A DNA stretch of 64,000 nt from Candidatus Atelocyanobacterium thalassae (GTDB lineage Bacteria > Cyanobacteriota > Cyanobacteriia > Cyanobacteriales > Microcystaceae): NCBI GenBank assembly GCA_051971635.1, contig JBFPLN010000001.1, forward strand, positions 256,001 to 320,000. The letters are read 5' to 3'. Made by a program: the position numbers and the translations under genes. Below the pieces are notes generated by a model. The model saw nothing but the letters and a program-made list of their open reading frames with translations, did no database searches and had not been told where the DNA came from. Positions 56,037 to 64,000 of this stretch are shown piece after piece. Every line of letters begins with the position of its first letter. Position 1 is the stretch's first letter.

Positions 56037-57326
56037 ATGCGTAAGTTTTTTAGTTTAAATATAGTTATATTTTGGGGATTACTTGGACTAATTATAAGCT
56101 TGGTGACTAATTGTAGCTATCAAAATGCTCCTGTAGCTAACGAAGAATTAGAATTTTGGACAATGCAACTACAACCAAAATTTACTTCATATATTACTAA
56201 ACTAATTGAAGAATTTGAGAAAGATAATGAAAATATAACAATTCGTTGGACTGATATTCCTTGGGAAGCAATGGAAAATAAAATTTTAACAGCAGTTTTA
56301 TCAAACACTACCCCAGATATCGTTAACCTTAACTCTAACTTTGCCGCCAAATTGGCTAACCGTAACGTTTGGTTAGATTTTAATCAATATATTTCTCATA
56401 AAATTAAAAAAAATTATCTATCAAATATTCAAAACTCAAGTAACATAGGTGGTTCTATTTTTGGATTACCATGGTATCTAACTACTCAAATTACTTTATA
56501 TAATAAAAATCTATTTGAACAAGCTAATATAACTAGTCCACCAAAAACTTTTAATGAATTAGCAGATGTTGCAACTGAAATAAAAAAGAAAACCGGGAAA
56601 TATGCTACGTTTTTTACTTTTGTTCCTGGAGACTCTGGAGAAATTTTAGAGTCTTTAGTTAAAATGGGGGTTACATTGATTAATGATGAAGGGAAAGCAG
56701 GATTTAATACACCTGAAGGGATAAAGGCTTTCCAATACTGGGTTTCTCTATATAAACAAGGATTATTACCTCCAGAGGTTCTAACTCAAGGACATAGGCA
56801 TGGTCTTGAACTATATCAGTCTGGAGAAATTGCACTATTATCAACGGGCGTTGAATCATTTTCAATGATCAAAAAAAATGCTCCTACTATCGCACAAGTA
56901 TCTATTGCTGCTTCGCAGATTACTGGTAACACAGGGAAAAAGAACGTTGCAGTTATGAATTTATTTATTCCTCATAGTACTGAAAAAGTAGAAGAAGCAA
57001 TAAAATTTGCAGAGTTTGTAACTAGTACTGATAATCAATTAGCCTTTGCAAAGCAAGCTAATGTTTTACCTTCAACTGTGGATGGTATAAAAGCTTATAT
57101 ATATGAACAAAAACAGTTAAAGCATTCAACTCCTTTATCGAATGCAATTATTGTAAGTGCAACGCAATTAAAAAATACAGAGACTTTAATACCTATACAG
57201 GCAAAAATGAATCAATTGCAAAAAATTATCTATGAGAATTTACAATATGCCATGTTAGAGAAGAAGTCTGTTAAGGAAGCAGTATCTGATGCTGCTGAAG
57301 CTTGGAATAATTTTATTATTGAATAG
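56037..57326 (+). CDS. Sugar-type ABC transporter substrate-binding (lipo)protein
   Basis: Signal peptide ending in LVTNC; LEFWTMQL, PDIVNLN, GLPWY and YNK.LF motifs. Confidence 0.88.
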   Translation: MRKFFSLNIVIFWGLLGLIISLVTNCSYQNAPVANEELEFWTMQLQPKFTSYITKLIEEFEKDNENITIRWTDIPWEAMENKILTAVLSNTTPDIVNLNSNFAAKLANRNVWLDFNQYISHKIKKNYLSNIQNSSNIGGSIFGLPWYLTTQITLYNKNLFEQANITSPPKTFNELADVATEIKKKTGKYATFFTFVPGDSGEILESLVKMGVTLINDEGKAGFNTPEGIKAFQYWVSLYKQGLLPPEVLTQGHRHGLELYQSGEIALLSTGVESFSMIKKNAPTIAQVSIAASQITGNTGKKNVAVMNLFIPHSTEKVEEAIKFAEFVTSTDNQLAFAKQANVLPSTVDGIKAYIYEQKQLKHSTPLSNAIIVSATQLKNTETLIPIQAKMNQLQKIIYENLQYAMLEKKSVKEAVSDAAEAWNNFIIE

Positions 57327-57452
57327 TAAGGCGTTATAGTAGAATTTGATTAGTTAAAAATTAATCTAACTATCATTATGTTTTATATTATGTATATATA
57401 TTTTTAAATATGGATAATTATCATTTATGATATGATGTTAGGTGTTAAATAT

Positions 57453-57782
57453 GGGACTATAGCTCAGACGGATAGAGCGAGCGCCTCCTGAAATTCGGGC
57501 ATTCTGAGTGGAAACATCAGATATGAATGTGGTCAAATTCAAGGAAACCTAAGTCCTTATCAGGATAAGGCAATCTTGAGCCAAGCTCTACAACCCTATT
57601 TAGAGAAGGTGCAGAGACTGGTTATCAGTATTTAGGGAAATTTTTTAATTAGATAGGCTGATAACATTACGGCCACCACCTAAGGATAAGATAATATCTA
57701 GGGTGAAGGAATAGTCCAGAGAGTGGGGAAACTTACACAAATCTGAAGCGCTAGGTCGCTGGTTCGAATCCAGCTAGTCCCG
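57453..57782 (+). tRNA. trnR-CCT: tRNA-Arg(CCU), intron-containing; exons 57453-57489 and 57746-57782
   Basis: Joined exons GGGACTATAGCTCAGACGGATAGAGCGAGCGCCTCCT/AAGCGCTAGGTCGCTGGTTCGAATCCAGCTAGTCCCG give a full cloverleaf with anticodon arm AGCGC-CTCCTAA-GCGCT. Confidence 0.95.
57490..57745 (+). ncRNA. Group I self-splicing intron (IC3-like), 256 nt, no internal ORF
   Basis: Exon ends in U that pairs with G in P1 (CCU|GA..UCGGG); intron ends in G; P3 GUGGUC/GGCCAC; P4 UUCAAG/CUUGAG; P7 GACUG/UAGUC after GCAGA; GAAA tetraloops on P2 and P9. Confidence 0.93.
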
Positions 57783-57900
57783 TTAACGTATTATAAATTT
57801 TATGGTCTTATATGACTTAGTACATAAATTATGATTCTATTTTTATTTATCCCATAAAAATTAAGAAATAAACCAATTTATTTTAGGATCTGCTGATAGC

Positions 57901-58359
57901 ATGACTTGTTTATATAATAGGCCTCGTTTTTGTTTATTAGAAATTAGTTTGGTTTTATTTTTATGCTTAACAACTACTGTTCGTGCTCAAGGGAAACAGC
58001 GCATTTATAATCCTATCCCATTAGAATATCAATCGGAAATGTATGATCGTCTATCCGATCAAGATATTCCGACAGGAGAAGGAGGTTTTGCTAAAGATTA
58101 TTGGGTCAAGCTTGAGAAAGGAGATCAAGTAGCAGTTGACTTAATGTCTGATGAATTTGATAGTGTTGTATTATTACTTGGAGCAGATGGGACAACGATA
58201 GCGGAAAATGATGATGGTCCTGATGGTAGTACAAATTCCCTTTTATTTTCTCGTATTACAGAAAGCGGTCGATACATTATTCGTGTTCATGCTTTCGGGG
58301 AGACAGGTGGAGGAAATTTTAGATTAAAAGTTACTAGATTACGTCCTATTAATTATTAA
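57901..58359 (+). CDS. Exported PPC (pre-peptidase C-terminal) domain protein
   Basis: Signal peptide ending VRA; GDQVAVDL.S.EFD, AENDDG and GRYIIRV motifs. Confidence 0.85.
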   Translation: MTCLYNRPRFCLLEISLVLFLCLTTTVRAQGKQRIYNPIPLEYQSEMYDRLSDQDIPTGEGGFAKDYWVKLEKGDQVAVDLMSDEFDSVVLLLGADGTTIAENDDGPDGSTNSLLFSRITESGRYIIRVHAFGETGGGNFRLKVTRLRPINY

Positions 58360-59101
58360 AATTCAAAACCAATACGCATAATATTAACGATTCTGTCCAT
58401 TCTACTACCGCACCGTAGGTATCTCCTGTATGACCTCCAAACTGTTTGTTAAACCAAGAACTTACTCCAATAGAAATAATAAGACTAGTCGTAACAATAA
58501 TCATTCCTAGTATCTCTTTATGTGAAATGAATACTATCCAAATTATATTTATAACTAATAAACTTAATATTCCAAACAATAAATCTTGAGGATAGTTAAT
58601 ATATTGTTTATGGAGAAGACCTTTTCCTACCTTTTTTAGATAGGGGTAAAAACTTATTGAAAAAACCTGTGCCCACCTGCCCCATCCATAGGTAAGGATT
58701 AAAATCCATAAGCGATTATTACTAATAGCACTTAAAGCAACAATTTTTAAAATAATTACCATTATTCCAGCAATTACACCAAAAGCTCCAGTTGAGCTAT
58801 CCTGCATTGCCATTAATCTCTTTTGAGGATCATTTAATGTTATTCCATCAGCACTATCAATAACCCCGTCTAAATGTAATCCCCCAGTTATAAAAATACC
58901 TAAAAAGATTGTTAAAGTACTTCTAACTATAATAGGAAATCCAATAAATGTTAATATGTGGTCTACTATTCCCAATAATGTTCCAATTAAAAGGCCTACG
59001 ATAGGAGACCAAGCCGCAATAGATTGAAAGCTTCTTGTCCAATTTTTTGGTAGTGGAATAATTGTATAAAAAGTAATTGACCCTAGTAAAGATTTTAACA
59101 A
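58349..59101 (-). CDS. cobS: Adenosylcobinamide-GDP ribazoletransferase (cobalamin synthase)
   Basis: TGGLHLDGVIDSADG, MQDSSTGAFG and GGHTGDTYGA motifs; TTG start. Confidence 0.95.
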   Translation of the reverse strand: MLKSLLGSITFYTIIPLPKNWTRSFQSIAAWSPIVGLLIGTLLGIVDHILTFIGFPIIVRSTLTIFLGIFITGGLHLDGVIDSADGITLNDPQKRLMAMQDSSTGAFGVIAGIMVIILKIVALSAISNNRLWILILTYGWGRWAQVFSISFYPYLKKVGKGLLHKQYINYPQDLLFGILSLLVINIIWIVFISHKEILGMIIVTTSLIISIGVSSWFNKQFGGHTGDTYGAVVEWTESLILCVLVLNFNN

Positions 59102-59254
59102 AATTTTAAATAATTAATAAATAACAATACTTAATGTATTTTAAGTATAATATTTTGGAATATTAAAATTATGCTCAATATTTTTTTATATAAAAAGCCT
59201 AATCTATAAATAATATCTATACCTAGTCTAAAAAGCTAAAAAATATTTTAAAAA

Positions 59255-60142
59255 TCAAGTTATTAACCATAATATTATAGGTAAAGTCAAAAAGCTAAAG
59301 ATAGTAGTTAAAATAACTGTACGTACAACTTGATTTACTTCTCCTCCAAATTCTGTACTTAGAACAACTGTATTTATTGCTGTTGGCATTGCACTTTGTA
59401 GAATTAAAACCTGTAAATCTAGATTCTTTAAGCCTATGATTTCTCCTACGCATAAAGCTATAAAGGGAGCTAGAATTAATCGAAAACTTAGTGAAGTTAG
59501 CTCTAAACTAGTTATTTTCAACTTTGTATTTCTCAACTCCATTCCTAATACAATAAGGGCAATAGGAATAGAAGATCTACCCAAAATATTTAATACTTCA
59601 TGTAAATTAAAAGGAATTTTTATATGTAATACTCTTAGTATTATCCCCAGCAACATTGCCCATATCAATGGCAGCTTAAAAATTACTTGTATACTATTTT
59701 TTAAACTAGTTCCAGCCAAAAAAGCTGGCATGATAACAAAAAGTAATATACTTGACCCTATCATATAAATAACAGCTCTTTCTAATCCAGAAGGACCTAA
59801 TGCAAATTCTATTAATGGTAAACCCATATTTCCATTATTTGGATGCAAAGTAGAAGCTATTAAGCTTTTATAAATTGTTGGTGAAATTCTAAAATAGTAG
59901 CTAAACCAGCTGACTAGAATATACAGTACTAAGGCAATTATAAAAACACCTAATAATAGCTGTAACATACTATTACTAGACATGTTGGTAGTGTATAAAC
60001 TGTCAGTGACTAATGCTGGAAATAATATATAAACAATTAATTTTGATAATGTTGTCTTATGAAGATCTAATTTTTTTCCTACAGTAGCACCAATAACAAT
60101 AATGGAAATAATAGGAAAAATAACGGATAAAAGAGCAGTCAT
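59255..60142 (-). CDS. AEC (auxin efflux carrier) family transporter
   Basis: About ten TMs; PNNGNMGLP, PLIWA and QSAMPTA motifs. Confidence 0.9.
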   Translation of the reverse strand: MTALLSVIFPIISIIVIGATVGKKLDLHKTTLSKLIVYILFPALVTDSLYTTNMSSNSMLQLLLGVFIIALVLYILVSWFSYYFRISPTIYKSLIASTLHPNNGNMGLPLIEFALGPSGLERAVIYMIGSSILLFVIMPAFLAGTSLKNSIQVIFKLPLIWAMLLGIILRVLHIKIPFNLHEVLNILGRSSIPIALIVLGMELRNTKLKITSLELTSLSFRLILAPFIALCVGEIIGLKNLDLQVLILQSAMPTAINTVVLSTEFGGEVNQVVRTVILTTIFSFLTLPIILWLIT

Positions 60143-60383
60143 TGATAAGATATGGTTTACATAATATTAACTGTACTAAAAAATAAATAGTTTCGCTCAA
60201 AAAGTACTGTAAGTTAGATAATACTACTTAAGCTTTTTCATATATAAGAACTCAGTTACTGTTAAGCGAAAATTATACTAATTAAGACTTATAGATATAG
60301 ATTTATGAATCTTATTATAAAAATCAAAAAGTATACCTAAGAATTGTTTCAATTCTAAAAATCACTAAAAAACAGGTAATATT

Positions 60384-61442
60384 TTAAAGTTCATCCCATC
60401 CACTGACTCCAGAAGACATAACATAACTAGTTACTGTAGCTTCGAAAAAGTTTGCTTTAGTATGTCCATCTTTTTTAGTATCAGAAAACCTTTCTAGATG
60501 ACTATAGGGACTCTTAGTATATTGTTCCCCAGTATAAAGTGGTTCTAAACCTATAGAGCGCAATCTAATATTAGCTAAATATTTTGTATATTGTTCTGTA
60601 CTAGATTCGGTAATACCTAGTATGTTGTTACCAACAATATGATTAGTCCATCGACATTCATGATTAACAGCTGTATCAAACATTTCATAAATTTGCTCAG
60701 TAGAATGAGGAAAAACTTTTCTCGCTTCAGGAATAAGCTTTTGATATAGTCTTACATGACTTAACTCATCTCTGTTTATCATTTTGAAGATATCTGCAGA
60801 TCCTGGCATTAACATTCTAGATGCTAGATTATAAAAAAAAATAAATCCGTTATAGAAATATAACCCCTCCAGTAAAAAATCTGCCAGTAGCGCTATAAAG
60901 TAGTTTTCCGCTGTAGGATTGTCAATGTATTTTTGATATATTTTTGCAATAAATTCACATCGACTCTTTAAAACTTTATCAACACGCCAAAATTCATACA
61001 CTTGATTTCTCCTGTCTGGAGGAACAATTGTTTCTATTATGTATTGATAGCTTTGATTATGCATACCTTCTTGAGATATTTGTTCAGCCATGCATAAACT
61101 AACTTCTGGAGCTGTTATACTACTTTTAAGATGAGGAATATTACAAGTTTGAATAGAGTCTAAAAAAGTAAGGTATGATAGTATCCCGTCATAAGCATAA
61201 CGCTCATCTTCTGTTAGATTCGAATAATCTGTTACATCTTGAGTTATATCCAATCGTTGAGGAATCCAGAAATTTTCCCTCATTTGCTGATACAAACCAA
61301 CTGCCCAAGAATATCGCACATCATTCAGCTGCATTAAATTAGTTGTATTTCCAAACCAGATAGCTCTATTTTCAATAGCATCATCTCCTTCCGGATTGAA
61401 AATAGGATTAATTGACATTGCTGTTTGTTTATCTATAATCAT
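60384..61442 (-). CDS. nrdB: Class I ribonucleotide reductase beta subunit
   Basis: Metal ligands and radical Tyr present: FLDS, EGMHNQSY, LEGLYFYNGF, RDELSH; KANFFE tail. Confidence 0.95.
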   Translation of the reverse strand: MIIDKQTAMSINPIFNPEGDDAIENRAIWFGNTTNLMQLNDVRYSWAVGLYQQMRENFWIPQRLDITQDVTDYSNLTEDERYAYDGILSYLTFLDSIQTCNIPHLKSSITAPEVSLCMAEQISQEGMHNQSYQYIIETIVPPDRRNQVYEFWRVDKVLKSRCEFIAKIYQKYIDNPTAENYFIALLADFLLEGLYFYNGFIFFYNLASRMLMPGSADIFKMINRDELSHVRLYQKLIPEARKVFPHSTEQIYEMFDTAVNHECRWTNHIVGNNILGITESSTEQYTKYLANIRLRSIGLEPLYTGEQYTKSPYSHLERFSDTKKDGHTKANFFEATVTSYVMSSGVSGWDEL

Positions 61443-62116
61443 TTCAATTACATAGTAAATTCTTATAAAATAATTATATATGATTTAAATATATACTATC
61501 CAAGTTCTGGCACTTACTTTTTAAATATTGAGTCATACTCACTTTAAATTAATTTCTACCTGGTTATAACTAGATAGAAATGCATTAACTGACGCGTAAA
61601 ACATATTTTTCATAACATTTCTTTTTAATACAAAAAATATTATTTTATTTAAACATGATATATCAATAAAATTATTAAATAAAAAAACTCTCTAAACTAT
61701 ATAGTTAATATTAATTCCTCTACTAAAAGCTATAGTTATAGTATTAGATGACAGTTTTATAATAATGGATAACTTTCTTCACTATAAGTTAAGAATACTT
61801 AGTGAATCTATCCATACTGCTCTAAGAAATTGTAATAGTTCTCATGCCAAGTAGGACATATTAAAGTATCATCAGATCTCTCTAAGGTAGAATGTAGTAT
61901 TTTATCTAGGGTCTTTCGATTAAACAGAAAAATAAAAAAATTTTAGTAAAAAAAGAGGTGATTTAGAATTTTTAATCTTTGTAAGGCTCATCTATTCTGA
62001 AATTTTATTTACAATAAAGATAGAACATTATTATTTTATTACTTTTTAAATTAGTGAAACTTATTTTCAAAAGAGTATTTGTTTAAAAATCCTTCAATAC
62101 AATCTATTTTCTTAAT

Positions 62117-63589
62117 ATGTGGTTATTAGTACTTATTTTAGGCACAATTACATACTATCTAATAAAACGAACAATTGCTCCTATTACCAATACTCCTATC
62201 TGGGCCATTTGGTTGATAATGATGACGCCAGCTTTAACATGGACAATTTGGTACGAAGTAGCAGAAAAAGATAAACCTATACCTACTCTACTTATTATTA
62301 TCCCTTTAGTAGTATGTTTAATTTTATATTTATGGATCATTGGAGTAGGTAAAACCAAATTGTTACCTAAGCAAAGAACCAAATATCAAGTTTCACTTCA
62401 TGAAACTGAAAAAAATAAAAATGGTATTGAAGTAATACGTCCTATTACTGCTACCGAGGAAAAATCTCTAAGAGAGTGTTTTTCTTGGAGAATTTATCAT
62501 CTACAGGATATAAACTATCATCCTCAAACCATTTTATGTCATGGAAAATTAAAAACTCTTCCAGAAGAAGCTTATAATTCTATCAAAGATAATATTGAAA
62601 AAGTATTTGGCGATCGCTTTTTAATATTATTTCAGGAAGGTTTAAAAGGAAATCACTTTTTTGCTTTAGTTCCCAACCCTCATTCTAGAAAAGAAATAGA
62701 AAAACCCTTAAAAAAGCCATTATTAGCTTTTAGCCTGTTATTACTTACCTTATTAACAACTACGATGGTTGGAACGTTTCAAATAGTAAGTACTGAACAA
62801 GAATTTATAGGAAACAATCTTATGATATTTCTTGAAGGACTACCTTATAGTTTAGGCTTAATATCTATTTTAGGAATCCATGAATTTAGCCATTATTTAA
62901 CGACTGTTCGTTATAAAGTTGCTGCAACTTTCCCTTATTTTATTCCTATTCCCTTTTTCCTTGGAACTTTTGGAGCATTTATTCAGATAAAGTCTCCAAT
63001 ACCACACCGTAAAGCTTTGTTTGACATAGCTATTGCTGGTCCTTTAGGAGGATTTCTAGTTACCTTACCGTTATTAATATGGGGGATATCATTGTCAGAC
63101 GTTGTTCCATTACCAATAGAAGAGAATATTTCTCTCCTAAATACAAAAGCGCTAGATCCAAGATTTTCTATACTATTTACTGTATTAGTTAAATTAGTTT
63201 TAGGCAGTAACTTCATAGCAGGAAATGTCATTTCTCTTCATCCTTTGGCTGTAGCAGGATATGTCGGACTAATCGTAACAGCGTTAAATTTAATTCCCGT
63301 AGGGCAATTAGATGGTGGTCATATTGTTCATGCTATGTTTGGGCAAAGAATTGCTATCATGATTGGTCAGTTAACTAGAATTTTAATGTTAATTTTAGCT
63401 ATGAATAGACCAGAGTTCTTAATTTGGGCAATATTATTATTTTTAATGCCTATTTTTGATCAGCCTGCTTTAAATGATGTGACTGAATTAGACAACAAAA
63501 GAGATTTTCTTGGCTTGTGTACTTTGACATTATTACTATTAATTTTATTGCCAATTCCCACTTTCTTAACTAACTGGTTACAAGTTTAA
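62117..63589 (+). CDS. Site-2 protease (M50 family) membrane metalloprotease
   Basis: HEFSH, GTFGAFI, IAIAGP and NLIPVGQLDGGH motifs. Confidence 0.93.
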   Translation: MWLLVLILGTITYYLIKRTIAPITNTPIWAIWLIMMTPALTWTIWYEVAEKDKPIPTLLIIIPLVVCLILYLWIIGVGKTKLLPKQRTKYQVSLHETEKNKNGIEVIRPITATEEKSLRECFSWRIYHLQDINYHPQTILCHGKLKTLPEEAYNSIKDNIEKVFGDRFLILFQEGLKGNHFFALVPNPHSRKEIEKPLKKPLLAFSLLLLTLLTTTMVGTFQIVSTEQEFIGNNLMIFLEGLPYSLGLISILGIHEFSHYLTTVRYKVAATFPYFIPIPFFLGTFGAFIQIKSPIPHRKALFDIAIAGPLGGFLVTLPLLIWGISLSDVVPLPIEENISLLNTKALDPRFSILFTVLVKLVLGSNFIAGNVISLHPLAVAGYVGLIVTALNLIPVGQLDGGHIVHAMFGQRIAIMIGQLTRILMLILAMNRPEFLIWAILLFLMPIFDQPALNDVTELDNKRDFLGLCTLTLLLLILLPIPTFLTNWLQV

Positions 63590-64000
63590 TTTCAGTAGTA
63601 TGAAAAACTATTCAATAATTTTATTAAGAGTATTAGATATAGATACAGTACTATTTAATTTTTTTTTGTAATTTAATTCTAGAAAAAACTTACAATAGTA
63701 TAAGACAAAGAAATAAAACTTTATGTGTATAAATGTTATTCTTTTGAACATTAAGATTGACAATGATTTTTCATGAATAATTATAGAATATTTACACTAA
63801 TCTAGGTCAAAAAAATATACAGTACAGCTATGGTACATAAACTAAGAATAGTGAAAAGATAGTATGAGTACTTATATCTCACTATCTCTTTAATAATATT
63901 AAAAGTATCTATTAGTCATATTAATAATGTAAACTATTTAACCATAATAAAGTAGTTTTATATCTACAACTACTTTGTTTCAAATTTTTTAATAAGTAAA

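Noticed and set aside
60384..61442. Metal-free class Ie or Tyr-less class Ic RNR variant
   Set aside because: All carboxylate and His ligands and the radical Tyr appear present
51822..63231. Track ORFs 51822-52046, 53726-54232, 56120-56350, 59436-59768, 62155-62382 and 62983-63231
   Set aside because: Antisense shadows of recognised genes
1..64000. CRISPR array, IS element, prophage or defence island
   Set aside because: No regularly spaced direct repeats and no transposase, integrase, cas or phage-like ORF seen; the inverted repeats share no sequence and show no evident target-site duplications

Overview
This is an AT-rich, streamlined cyanobacterial chromosome segment. I infer it comes from a reduced-genome nitrogen-fixing symbiont of the Crocosphaera/Cyanothece group, most likely UCYN-A (Ca. 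Atelocyanobacterium thalassa, the nitroplast). The basis is typical cyanobacterial genes (zwf-opcA, petN, ycf54, pmgA, ctaCDE), very AT-rich eroded spacers, and only two HIP1 sites noticed by eye. No nif gene is in the window, so the organism call is not proven. The window holds about 50 mostly housekeeping genes and two tRNAs; I saw no transposase, prophage or CRISPR array. The most notable items are: (1) tRNA-Arg(CCU) split by a 256-nt group I intron with an extra hairpin between P7 and P3'; (2) a complete three-gene ECF transporter whose large S component I cannot assign; (3) a membrane gene split by a frameshift inside an A12 run, a candidate for transcriptional-slippage rescue; (4) several long, perfect, mutually unrelated inverted repeats (arms up to 39 bp), some not at gene 3' ends; (5) petN and a 44-aa membrane ORF missed by the ORF track; (6) traces of gene decay around 24.2-25.9 kb. 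All protein names come from motif recognition, not database searches.
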